In this document: positions 50,401 through 62,562 of the stretch, one piece after another
How the letters are laid out: each line of letters opens with the position of its first letter
Position numbering within the stretch: the first letter of the stretch is position 1
DNA from: Octopus bimaculoides
Taxonomy: Eukaryota
NCBI RefSeq assembly: GCF_001194135.2
Contig: NC_068984.1
Span: 76,221,112-76,285,111 of the forward strand
Length of the DNA: 64,000 bases
Direction of reading: 5' to 3'
Notes under the pieces: model-generated
Told to the model about the DNA's origin: nothing
Databases searched by the model: none
What the model saw: the letters and a program-made list of their open reading frames with translations, nothing else
Position numbers and translations under genes: made by a program

Positions 50401-53400
50401 ACACTGTTCTTTATCTTTTGATTAAAGCTGTTAAAAAGGAAAATGGAGTTAGCAATTTTCTGAACAGCAGAAACCACTGAAGTTTAAAAAAAAAACAAGA
50501 GAAAAACTCTCTCTTGGTATTTTTTTTTTATATTGTCAGTAAAAGTGTAATTGTTTTTGTTTTTAGACATGGAGTGAAAAGAAAAGGAAAGGAAACCAAA
50601 AGAAGTACAAATAAAACAATAAATAATCTAAGAGAATTTCTCAATCTGTAATTTTGTTTTTGCAAAGTATTTGGAAAATAATTTCATCTGAGATCATAAT
50701 CACATGTTGAAGCTAAAAACTGTTTACATTGTAGTGATGTTATATTGGCCATTGAAGCACATACGCACTCACATACATATGTTAATTTTTTTGTTTTATG
50801 ATATTTTTGTAATAGTATATATTGAGAGGTTTACTTTTCAACCGTCTGATTTTAAACTGGGTTCCACTGCAAGGTACCTTGGGCAAGAGTCTTCTACTAT
50901 AGCCACTGGTTAACCAATTGCTTTGTGAGTTGAATTTGGTTGACAGAAATCATCTGAAACCTATTGTGTGTGTATGTATGTGTGTGAGTGAATGTTTATT
51001 CTGCACTCACATTTAAACAGCACTGAGTTATAAATGGCTAACTTTATTGATCCTCACCATCATCATCTTCATCGTCATCACCGTTTAACGTCTGCTTACC
51101 ATGCTAGCATGGGTTGGACGATTTGACTGAGGGCTGGTGAACCGGATGGCTCTCTGCTTTCAAAGATGTATGAAATATAAAAATAATAATCCCTTACTGT
51201 TAGCATCAAAAAGGGTATCCAGCTGTAAACCAACAACTCAAAATTATGTACTGCTCTAACTCCTGCTAACTTGGGAAAATGGACATAAAAATGAATGGAG
51301 TAAAGTTATAAAGTGTCAGTCTTTTGTCACAAATTCCACTGACAGTATTTTATCATTTTCTATACATGGTGTGTGGTATTTGTTTTTATCTTTCCTGCAA
51401 AGTTTTCATGAAGGAAAAATTACTTTGATTATCCTAAATTAATTAGGAAATCTAATTATTAAAGTCTTTTGTCACTGACTCTGGTAAGGAATACAAGTTG
51501 TTGTTTAAATGGAAGATTTGCTATTTCAACTTTATGCTTTATGTTCTGTGTTCATATCCTACTGAGTCATATGTGTGTTTCATCCCTTTGGTATCTAAAA
51601 AATAATGTACCAGTCAGGTACTGGTGTCACCAGTATCCAACTAACCTCTCCCCTCAAAATTGCTGGCTATGTCCCTAAATTAGAAACAATTATTATTATC
51701 ATATTGTAAGGTGGTGAGGTGAGCTGGCAGAATTGTTAGCACACCAGACAAAATGCGTTGTGGCATTTCGTTCCCCTTTTTATATTCTGATTCAAATTCC
51801 ACTGAGCTTAAGCTTGCCTTTCATTCTTTTGAGTCAGTGAAATAAGTACCAGTTGAGTACTAGGGTTGACATAATCAACTTATCCTCCAAAATTGCAGGC
51901 CTTATGCCAACAGTACAAAGGATTATTATCATTTCGTATTCTACTTTATATTATGTGTCATGTGATAACTACCAAAACTTTCTTCCCCCCCCCTCTCTCT
52001 GGTATGCTTCCTAACCATGTGGTCTCATATTCAATTCCACTGTACACCTTGGACAAGTCTTCTACTATAACCCCAGGCTGACCAAAGCCTTGTGAGCGGA
52101 CTTGTTAGATGAAAACTGAAAGAAGCCCACCATATATGTACATGTATTCATTGGTCTGTATTTATGTGTACCCTTGTCTTGACAACATGTGATGAATGTA
52201 AATGAGTATCACCATCAGGCAACCAATATTGTTTGTTTCCATGAAACATTTTTTTCTTCCGTGAAAAACATGTTAGTCCAGGGAAATATTACTTTGCTTG
52301 GAAGCAGGTGAGGATTGATGACAGGAAGGGCATCAGGTTGTAGAAAATCTACCTCAACAAATTCTATCTGATCCATGCAAACATGGACATTAAACGATGA
52401 TGATATATATATATACCCCATTCCTCACTCACTGATGGTCACTTATGCAAGCATCCAAACCTTGAATTAGTCATGCTGCCTATAAGTTTCTTCTAGAGAC
52501 TTGGTTACTAAATCACATTAAAACATAACACACTCTAATGTAAGCTTTTAAACCAACTCTGTGACTTGAGGCTGACTTAAATGATCTGACTTATTCATGA
52601 CTCTCTAAAGAAGACAAAAAAAACAGCATTAATAAACTGGTCAAGCAGACTAATGGTGAAAGGCATTCTAGTCATAACCATACTCTCCCCCCCCTCCCCT
52701 GAGTTATGTTGGGTTATATTATTTAACTCTCTTGCTACAGAAATCAGATATTTCCACTAAAATTTCATTACTCTTAACGGCAGGAAACAGTTTTATATAC
52801 CAATCTATGTTTTGTGGAGGAATGTCATGTTTAAATCTACTTTTTGTTGGGATATGTCAAATTGTCAAGTTGGAATATGTCAAGACCACATGACTTGCTG
52901 AAAATACCAGTTTTTTTTTTTGTTTGTTTTTGTTGTTTTTTTTTTGTAGATATATATATATATATATATTTAACAACATTAATGGAATAACCATGAACTT
53001 TAATTTTGTGGTAAAAAGGTCAGTATGTCCTTTCTAAGACAGTGAAGTGCAGTTTGAAAGAAATTGGGCTGCTATTTCTAGCAGGTCAAGCAATCATATA
53101 GAGGCTCGTTCTGAGGCAGATTCAGTTAGCAATATCTCCCACTAACAAATTTGTTGCCTTGAGTCAGTGTGAGAAATCAGTATCAGTGAAGCATGTCATT
53201 TTATTTTCCTATATGAATTCTTCATCAAGCAGACAGAAACAAGTTTAGTAATTTTCCTTACATGGTGGCACAGGACAATGTCTGTGACCAGGTTTAAAAT
53301 CATGACCCTGTGCTCAGTATTTCATCTTTTAAAACTTAACAGCTGTAGCCCAAGGATAAAAGACGAAAGATTAGAGAGAAAATAGATATTCCAGTATTTC

Positions 53401-53842
53401 TGAATCTTTTTAAAGAAAGCAATTATAGAAATAAATTATCGATGTTGTTTCTGCTTGCTGATTTTCCTCTCAGTTATGCGTATATTCAAATGTTTAATTG
53501 CATTTGTTTGTAGATGCAGGAGTATGTGTGTATGTGCATATGTATGTCTGTCTGTCTTTCTGTCTATCTATCTATATTGTGCTTGCAAGTGTGTATATAT
53601 CTGTACATACAGATATGTGCTCATATATATATATACATGTGTATGTTTAATTTTATGTAAAATTATATAGTAAAAAAGTTCAAACATTAAATTGAAAGAA
53701 CACGCAATGCTTTTTAGTAGAGTTCCATATTTATCAATTTTACAAGGAAAACAGTGACTTCAAAGTTTTGGCTTTGTAAACATCATCCGACTGACTACTT
53801 ATAAGTGAAACTTTAAGATTACTGGCATGTATATACATTTGC

Positions 53843-53876
<34 letters not shown>

Positions 53877-55259
53877 GTATATATATATATATANNNNNNN
53901 NNNNNNNNNNNNNNNNNNNNNNNNNNNNNNNNNNNNNNNNNNNNNNNNNNNNNNNNNNNNNNNNNNNNNNNNNNNNNNNNNNNNNNNNNNNNNNNNNNNN
54001 NNNNNNNNNNNNNNNNNNNNNNNNNNNNNNNNNNNNNNNNNNNNNNNNNNNNNNNNNNNNNNNNNNNNNNNNNNNNNNNNNNNNNNNNNNNNNNNNNNNN
54101 NNNNNNNNNNNNNNNNNNNNNNNNNNNNNNNNNNNNNNNNNNNNNNNNNNNNNNNNNNNNNNNNNNNNNNNNNNNNNNNNNNNNNNNNNNNNNNNNNNNN
54201 NNNNNNNNNNNNNNNNNNNNNNNNNNNNNNNNNNNNNNNNNNNNNNNNNNNNNNNNNNNNNNNNNNNNNNNNNNNNNNNNNNNNNNNNNNNNNNNNNNNN
54301 NNNNNNNNNNNNNNNNNNNNNNNNNNNNNNNNNNNNNNNNNNNNNNNNNNNNNNNNNNNNNNNNNNNNNNNNNNTTCTGTTCATCTGGGACCCCTGTATC
54401 TCAGTCTACATTTGCTTTACATAAACATATTATACTTGTTTGGAATCAGGATGATCCCAGGATTGAAAATCTGCCTCTCGTTTGGTTCTTGGGCATCCAG
54501 CATTGGGATCTGATTTAAAAGCCTTTGGGTTGCTATTTCTAGTAGGTAAATAAATCTTGGCCGATTCACGCCATCTTGGATGGCATTTGTCAGATGACAT
54601 CAAAGATCAAGGGGGAGATAAATGACATTTGTTTTGTTAATTTGACGTTGAGATAAGAACTTTGGGACAAATTGGCCAACAGTTGGAATTCAACTTGGGA
54701 CTGGAACGATAGAATGATTGCATTACAGAATTAATTCTCATCTGTCCTTAACCTCTGATCGAACACCACCAGGGCATATAGTCAGTAGAGACATATTATA
54801 GTCATGCTATTTAGCTCTTTTAAGTTTTGGGTCACAAGCCGAATTAGCCTTCCACAGGAGCTAGCTTAGAAATCTGCACAGAGTGTGGCTTTTAAGCTAG
54901 TATATAATATATGTATAATACGTGTGTATGTGCATGTCTGTGTATTTATACGTATACACACACATATATATCATCATCATCATTTAAGCGGACGTTAAAC
55001 AGTTGATGATGATGTGTGTGTGTATGCATATATATNNNNNNNNNNTATATATATAACATACTGTGAATAAATACTTTGTTGTGGCGTGGAAAATTATTCT
55101 ATTATGCAATACAAATTGAAAAGATATTTCCATAGAAATATTGAAGTATCAAGCTTAGTGTGATTGATTAACAAGTTACTATCCTGCCGCGTGTTGTAAC
55201 CCCAAAATAGTATAACTGCCACTTCTAAGGTTTGTTTTTAATTTTTTGATTTATTTTAG

Positions 55260-55790
55260 AGGAATATTTTCACAATCATTTTATTTTGCAATAAGAGAAA
55301 GGTTGTTTCGTTGGTAGAATTTTGAAAAGTGTTCAATTATAGAAAATGTGATTGAAAATATCCAGTAATCATAAGGAAACAGTAACACCATATGACATGA
55401 GATCTGATTGGAGCATTTTACCTCATTGTGCTAATGATTCTGTTGATCTTACCCAACATGAAGAAATTAATGGAACAATAGCTAACAATGGAAAGAGGGC
55501 TTGGTTTCAACAGAATACCTGATAAATATGTTCGTGATTTACTTGAATCACGTTTGAAAGAATTAACTGATTGAGACATTCTTAATTTGGCTCTACAGCA
55601 TGTATGTAAAGAAGTATATAGTCAAGAATCGATCAAAATGAACTACACATGAAAGCAATAGCTGGAATTTAGTTTCGTTAAATGTGTTGCAGATTTGAAG
55701 ATTTCAAACCATTAATAACAGATTTTAATTCTCACTTCATGTCAAACATGTAATTTCAACAAAACTGGACATAAAATTTTGCAGCTACAG
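55260..55790 (+). pseudogene. Decayed coding-like segment bounded by splice signals; origin unidentified
   Basis: TTATTTTAG|55260 and CAG|GTATGC at 55790/55791. Broken frames read SNHKETVTPYDMRSDWSILPHCANDSVDLTQHEEING and RIPDKYVRDLLESRLKELTD*DILNLALQHVCKE. Confidence 0.35.
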
Positions 55791-55860
55791 GTATGCATGT
55801 AGCCACAGATGCATGCAGTGAAAGAGAGGAAGAGATAAAAATGTCATTTCAATGAATGGT

Positions 55861-55996
55861 TACTATATCTTCTGGCACATAAGTCAAATTTTTCAGATCA
55901 AAATTTACGGCCAAAAATGGTAGGTCAAAGAAAAAGCTCTGGTGGGACAGTTATTTGGGAGAAAGTGGGTTGACTTATATAATGAGTATAGATTTA
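55861..55996. mobile_element. Degenerate pogo/Tigger-type MITE
   Basis: Termini TACTATAT...CATAAGTCAA and GGGTTGACTTATAT..GAGTATAGATTTA resemble the pogo-type TATAAGTCGA/TCGACTTATA ends. Confidence 0.45.
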
Positions 55997-57384
55997 AACT
56001 TTGATTTTCATTTTTTTAATTAATTTTTTTTTACTGAAAAATCTACCTTGATTTGTCTGCCAGAAAGTATGGTATTTCATCTCAGAAATAAAATTGTAAA
56101 TATATATTATTTAGCTACTATTTATTGTATGTGTGTGTACACTGCAGTAAAATGTAATGTAAAATTTATCATAAACTGTTGAATAATATGCACACATTTC
56201 CATTATCTTATGTTATTATATTATTTTCAAATATGGTTTAAAAAAACTGTTTTGGAAATTGTTGAACTTTTCTGTATTGCTTTCATGTCATTATATTCAG
56301 TTGCTCAGTTTCAATTAGTACAGTAATTTCATGGATGAATTAACCAGGTTAATCATGATTTTACTCTGCATGCTTGCATGTGTATGTGCATGTAGGCACA
56401 GACAAGGCTGTGTGGTTAAAAGTTTGCTTCTGAACCACATGGTTTCAAGTTCAGTCTTCCTGCATGACACCTTGGGGAAGTGTCTTCTACAGTAGTTCCA
56501 GGCCAACTAAAGCATTGTGAGTGGATTTGGTTGACACAAATGGAAAGAGAAGTTCTGTTGTATGTGTGTGTGTAAATGTATGTATGTATTTGTACATGTG
56601 TTCTTTGTTTTGACGTCACATGCTAGTTGTAAATGTTGTCACATTTAAGTAGTGTTGTTCATTTCCAATTTGCTGTGGAAACATGTCTGGCCAAGGAAGC
56701 AGGTGAAATTACCTTGCTTGAACATAGGTGAGGGTTGGTGACATGAAAGAAATCTGCTTCAATGAATTCTATCTGACCCATGAAGCATGGAAAACTGGAT
56801 GTTAAAACAATGGTGGTGGTGATATATACACACCAACACATATATGTGCACATACTCTCTCTCTTTTGCATGAGGCTTGTTCTGAAAGAAACTGAACTTT
56901 TAAAACAGCTTGCAACCAGCTGGCACTGCTATTAAATGAAATGTCAAGGGCACTTACATTTCAGTGCTGTGCATAAGTAACCTTCACCTTTAGTCTAATA
57001 ATGGCTACATCGTCCCATGTCAGTTAGTTATTGATCTATGTATCCTTGAGACAATTTAGTAGAACAATGAACAATTTGAAATAGCAATGTGCTCATGTGA
57101 AATTCTGCTTCAATTTGAGAAAAACTTAAATAAATACTTATTAAATTTTGCTACAGGTCCACTGAAAGGATTATTTGAGTTCTGTAATTTCTCACAAGTA
57201 AAAAAAAAAAAATAAATAAAATAAAATTAAACTTTTTCAAATTGAGAAGAACATCCACTGAAGATGATCCCAAATCTTTCCACAGCAAAGAATAATGATC
57301 ACTTTATGAAAATGTCTACTGTAATCCTTGAAAATCATCCTTATTTGTCTTTGAAATTTCTAAAGTCTTTTTAATTCCTTTGAC

Positions 57385-57525
57385 TCCATGTGGTGTATAG
57401 GTCACCAGCTTGAGATCTCCATTTGGCTTCATTTTTGACAATGGATTCTAGTTGTCCCCAGGCATAACCTCCTGCCAGTGCTTCAGTTTCTGTGGACCTT
57501 CTTCATGTTGTTTTTGAAGTAGGCA
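57385..57525 (-). mobile_element. RTE LINE extreme C-terminal relic
   Basis: KTT*RRSTETEALAGGYAWGQLESIVKNEAKWRSQAGDLYTTWSQRN*. Confidence 0.65.
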
Positions 57526-57589
57526 TCTGTAAAAGTTTGTTGTAAGATTTTATAAGAAAAATTGACAATGCATCATTTTGCTACAAAAT

Positions 57590-58035
57590 TTAGACTGTGT
57601 CTACTAACAGATGAACAAAGAGGAACACCAACTCACAGTCAGTCAAGAGGTGTTTGATTGTTCAAATGCTGGTAAAAGGTTTGTGAAAATGTCATAAGAG
57701 ATGACAAAACGTGTGTAGCTATGATGTCAAAACAAAAGGCTGTCATTGGTAAAGCATGGAACAACTCTTGTCTCTTCAGTTGCCCTACTCTTTGAGTTTG
57801 ACTTTTGAGGGGTTTTTTTCTCCCAGAGTTGAAATCCACTTTGAAAGATATGATTTCAAATGATAGAATACATCAAAACAAATTTTTTATAGGAATTGCA
57901 GACTACTTCTGAAACGTGTTCTTGAGAGCGGTGTGATAATAATGTAAGGAATTATTTTAAGGAGATCAAGTCTGATTAAAAGAATAAATTTGTATTTTAA
58001 AAAGTTTGATTTTTGTTTTTGGCTTGGTCTCATAC
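57590..58035 (+). mobile_element. Internally deleted mariner transposase relic
   Basis: LLTDEQ...SQEVFDCSNAG..NVIRDDKTC..YDVKTK matches the mariner ITGDETW.YGYD.ETK pattern. It is followed by a PYS...FFLPELKSTLK-like segment and a TIR-like GGTCTCATACTTTTG. Confidence 0.7.
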
Positions 58036-58299
58036 TTTTGCTTATTTTTTGTCTTCAGAATTTTTCTGTGGAAGAGTGTTCTGTTTTTAAGATATAAACG
58101 CAGAATGTTTTTAAAGGAGATTTTTGTTTCTTACCATTTCTTGTCTTCTGATTGGTAGTTAATTCATTAGAATTTTCAAGTATTAAATTTCTTTTTTCAC
58201 TTTCTAGAAAGCAAGAAGAAAATGAAAAATACATATTGTTTCTGCTAATTTTTACTTAAAATCTATAATGAAAATATTTTGGTTTATATTATTGTTGCT

Positions 58300-59050
58300 G
58301 TTGTCATCATCATCATCCTCTTCAGTGTCCGTCCCACTTCAGCAATTTCTGATGCCAGTGGCACTGAAAAAGAAACAACTTTGTCTTTACTTCTATGAAC
58401 TATTCTTAGAGATGGAACCATTAGTGCTGTGAGAACATTGACAGCTTCAGATATGGTCTTCACCATATATGCTTGCTAGTGTTGCCATCTCTGCTGTTAT
58501 TAGCAACCTTCCTTATTTTCCCTTCCCTCTTCTTTTGGACAGAAAGTCCTCAAGCAACCTTTCTAACTAAGCATATTAGTAGCTTTCTTTCTGTTCTGCA
58601 TCTCTAATTTGATCAATCTTTCGTCCACACCCACTGAGCTTTAACTCTAGGATAGACTTGAGATCTCCAAGGCTCATCAATGCTTGAAGGTCTAGTCTGA
58701 CCTGTTGTTGCAGATTATTTCCATGCTTACTACTTGTCTGAATTCTGCTGCAAAGGTGATGCCAAACTAAGAGTCAGTATCAGTACTAATATCTCTGGCC
58801 AAGTCTTTAATATTCCTTTTTCTCATCTACTGCATTCACAACCTGTGAGCAGGTTTGTGGCACACCAGCTCTGCCTGTCTCCTTACCTTATTCTCAGGTT
58901 GATAAAGAGACACATACTTTCATATGTTCTTACCATTTGAGGGGGCATGCATCCAATTTCACATTAATTGGGGATCCTTTGAACTCCACTTTGAAGGGTA
59001 TATGGAAATCCCTAGTCATTATCGCTTCACTCTTATCTCCTTTTTCTATT
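58300..59050 (-). mobile_element. Degraded RTE LINE C-terminal region
   Basis: EKGILKTWPE...QKKREGK*GRLL, resembling the RTE 'RRMLKIPW...GKRKRGRPR' region; many disruptions. Confidence 0.5.
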
Positions 59051-60699
59051 TTGTTTTGAACTGAATAGTATCAGAGAGTTTCTTATAACCCACAACATTA
59101 GCAAATGATAAAATTGTGCAGTAGCAGTGCAATTGTGGTGATTAGTCCTAGATTCAGTGGGTCTGATAAAATATGAGATGGTTACAGTTAGAAGACCTTT
59201 CATTCAAACTGTACTGGAGACTTGATAACTTTAACACTGTGAGTTTGGCCTGCTAATAGGGCATATTTACATATAAAAAAATCTAGTTCATTGGAAATTG
59301 TCTTTAGTAGGGACTTCCCACTTTGTTATTAATAAAGTTCTGCATCTTTTAAAACAAATAATCATAATATATTGAAAAATATTTCTTCTCTGAAATGTGT
59401 TAAGCAACTAACTGCCAAAATCTGATCACAAAATGTTATATCTCATCAATATAGCAGTGATTGTTGTTGTGGTTGTTGTTTTTATGTCTCTTCTCAGCAT
59501 TTCTTAATTCCTGCATCCATTGTGTTCTCAGTAAGTCTGATTGACAATAGGTTCCACTCTTACTTCATGACTGAACAGTTTCCAAGTAAAAAGACATCAA
59601 TATAAAGTGAAAAAAAAAAAAAAAAGGGGAGAAAAAGATCAAGCAGAAATATGTTCAGCAAGCAGCCCACTCTCCTATTGTGTTATATTCTTGGAAGCAA
59701 CATTCGATCTAATATTTAACTAAAATGTTAATGGAAATTAANNNNNNNNNNNNNNNNNNNNNNNNNNNNNNNNNNNNNNNNNNNNNNNNNNNNNNNNNNN
59801 NNNNNNNNNNNNNNNNNNNNNNNNNNNNNNNNNNNNNNNNNNNNNNNNNNNNNNNNNNNNNNNNNNNNNNNNNNNNNNNNNNNNNNNNNNNNNNNNNNNN
59901 NNNNNNNNNNNNNNNNNNNNNNNNNNNNNNNNNNNNNNNNNNNNNNNNNNNNNNNNNNNNNNNNNNNNNNNNNNNNNNNNNNNNNNNNNNNNNNNNNNNN
60001 NNTATATATATATATATATATTGCCAACAGCTCCATAAAGAAGTGCTGATCTCCCAAAGTGGATTGGACACATGGGCACTAAACTCTGCTTGCGAAGACC
60101 TGTTGGGGCAAGTTAAATCGTAATCGTAATTGAACCAAATTCGATGACTCTGAACACAAAGTGCTAGCACAAATATTGAAAGTTATTTGTTTGACATTTT
60201 AACAATCTACCAGTATACATAGGTTTAGATAAGCAAATGAGAGTAAAGAAGTGAATGCACATAGTGGTTTATATATTCAGTCACCACTTAGAATTTTTCA
60301 CTATATGTGATCCTCAACTGAGAAATATATGGACAGGGAAACTTGAATGAGAATATCTTGTTACCTGACTAGAGCTAACCAGAAAAAGACAATGCCCTTT
60401 CATACGTTTATTTAGTGAGCACCCAAGTTCTTTTATTGTTTATTTTTGTTTGTTTGTTTTTTGTTGTTGTTTTTTTTTTTGTCCTGAAGGATCACGTGTT
60501 GATATGTAAGACATAAAGAATGATGTTAACACTGCACATCAGTACCACTCTTATATATAAATGTTCAATTTTTTAAACTGTAAATTGGGTGACATGCTGG
60601 ATAAATGAGAAAAGTAGACTTTTGTCTTCAGTTCGTCATCTGTTTTATTAAGAATTTACATAGAACACAACTTTTCCAAGAAAAGAAAACAAAGTGACA

Positions 60700-61130
60700 T
60701 TGGAGAGTTCTGTTCATTGTGGGAAAATGTGTGTTTAAGGAAAAATAAGAATATGCCTGTAAAAGTGGTGAGTGTAATGTTGGTGTAGATACGTCTTTTT
60801 ACAACAGAGCATTTTGACAATCACAACTCTGGAAACTCTGCCAAATGGAAGAATTTTGTAGCTGTCTTGCTTTGCTGCTCATATCACTAAGTTTCTGACA
60901 TTCAGACTTTCTGTCAGGTTCTCTGTATTTTGTCTTCAGACATGATTTCTTTTATTATGCTCCAGAACAAATTTGATTGGGCAGATCTATGTTGAATATA
61001 TTTCTTGTTGGCCAGATTTTTGCTGATGCCACTATTCAATTTTAAAGATTCTTTTTGTGTTTATGAAAACCTTCTAATGGAAAAGATGACAGTTGGCATT
61101 CAAACTGAAGTAGAGACCTACATTTTCAAG
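60700..61130 (-). mobile_element. piggyBac transposase C-terminal relic
   Basis: VASAKIWPTRNIFNIDL and WSIIKEIMSEDKIQR resemble piggyBac 'KAASRRWP..VFYNILDLA..NAWILYKE..G.KISR'. Confidence 0.45.
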
Positions 61131-61443
61131 AAAATTGTAAAGAGTAAACAATTTATTCTGAAATTGTCATCAGAGTAACGTGCCTAAATGTACTAAAGAA
61201 ATAAAATAGGTGTAAAGTAGTCAAAAATATGTTTAAATGGATCAAACAGATAAAATAAATGTATTAGAATAAATAAAAATCAATTTGGTGTCAATACTGG
61301 TTTCAAATAGAGACAGCATTATTTCTCTTGATCTCTTTCTTCATTGTCATCTTCATCTTTATTTTTGTTATTATCTATTTCATCTTTTTCATTGGTATTG
61401 CCTTCATCATCATTGTCTCATTTTCATTCTCTCTCTGTTGCAG

Positions 61444-61512
61444 GTTGTTATGCTTTGTCAGCATTGGTGCTGTCGTTACTTTTCTGTTGGATTACCTGGG
61501 TGAAAAGAAAAG
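61444..61512 (+). CDS. NEF1-like: Second coding exon (69 nt, phase 2-2) of the NEF1-like gene
   Basis: Long pyrimidine tract TCATTTTCATTCTCTCTCTGTTGCAG|, donor AAG|GTAAGG at 61512/61513; encodes (L)LLCFVSIGAVVTFLLDYLGEKK(R/S). No further compatible exon was found before 64000. Confidence 0.8.
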
Positions 61513-61582
61513 GTAAGGTTTCCCTCCCCCTCTCTCTCTCTCAAGAGTTGTATATATCTATATATATATATATATATATATA

Positions 61583-61878
61583 TCATCATCATCATCATCA
61601 TCATCGTTTAACGTCCGCTTTCCATGCTAGCATGGGTTGGACAATTTGACTGAGGACTGATGAAACCGGATGGCAACACCAGGCTCCAATCTAATTTGGC
61701 AGAGTTTCTACAGCTGGATGCCCTTCCTAATGCCAACCACTCAGAGAGTGTAGTGGGTGCTTTTACGTGTCACCTGCACGAAGGCCAGTCGGGCGGTACT
61801 GGCAACGGCCACGCTCGAAATGGTGTCTTTTATGTGCCACCCGCACAAGAGCCAGTCCAGGGGCACTGGCAACGGTCT
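61583..61878 (-). mobile_element. Young RTE-tail SINE-like repeat
   Basis: Near-identical to the reverse complement of 28560-28830; (CAT)n tail. Confidence 0.9.
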
Positions 61879-62329
61879 CACTATATCTACAGATTCAAGT
61901 ATTTATGTTTGCGTACACAAACACACACACATACACCATATTTTTAGACCCTGACCACTACATAGTTGCTTTTGGCCATGTAAACACTACCAGTGCAACA
62001 GTGAATCTCTTCCACTTTTGTTCAATGGAAAATAACATAACATTTGTTAGGAGATAAAATGAGTTGGCCAGAGTTAAATTTCTTAACAATGGACACTGCA
62101 CAGTGACAGTGCATTAATCTCAGAGCAGAGAGCACCACTTTTTTTGGTACCAGATTATTTCAGTCATCTGCATTTATATATGTGTGTGTGTACACTCTGT
62201 AAAATGGTTGGCATTAGAAAGTGCTTCCAGCCATAGAAACTATGTTGAAGCATGATGCTATCCTTGGACCCTCAGATCCTGGCAAACTGTTCAACCCATG
62301 CCAACATGAAAGATGGACATTAAAATATC

Positions 62330-62364
<35 letters not shown>

Positions 62365-62531
62365 NNNNNNNNNNNNNNNNNNNNNNNNNNNNNNNNNNNN
62401 NNNNNNNNNNNNNNNNNNNNNNNNNNNNNNNNNNNNNNNNNNNNNNNNNNNNNNNNNNNNNNNNNNNNNNNNNNNNNNNNNNNNNNNNNNNNNNNNNNNN
62501 NNNNNNNNNNNNNNNNNNNNNNNNNNNNNNT

Positions 62532-62562
<31 letters not shown>

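Larger units (their letters stand above)
10448..61443 (+). other. Putative 50,996-nt phase-2 GT-AG intron
   Basis: Runs GTAAGT...CTCTCTGTTGCAG. The flanking exons join in frame (TT+G = Leu). Confidence 0.7.
1157..62530. other. Dispersed assembly gaps (N runs), mostly at microsatellites
   Basis: Gaps at 1157-1166, 1630-2034, 3844-3853, 24123-24222, 31039-31406, 32380-32934, 34531-34640, 38145-38154, 53894-54374, 55036-55045, 59742-60002 and 62365-62530. Confidence 0.98.

Noticed and set aside
60490-60505. 16-nt segment GAAG|GATCACGTGTTGATAT|GTAAGA
   Set aside because: AAG acceptor, frame-shifting length, and the upstream T-tract is simple low-complexity sequence.
61285-61443. Hydrophobic/His-rich ORFs upstream of exon 2
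   Set aside because: This is the CAT/CTT low-complexity pyrimidine tract of the intron, not coding sequence.
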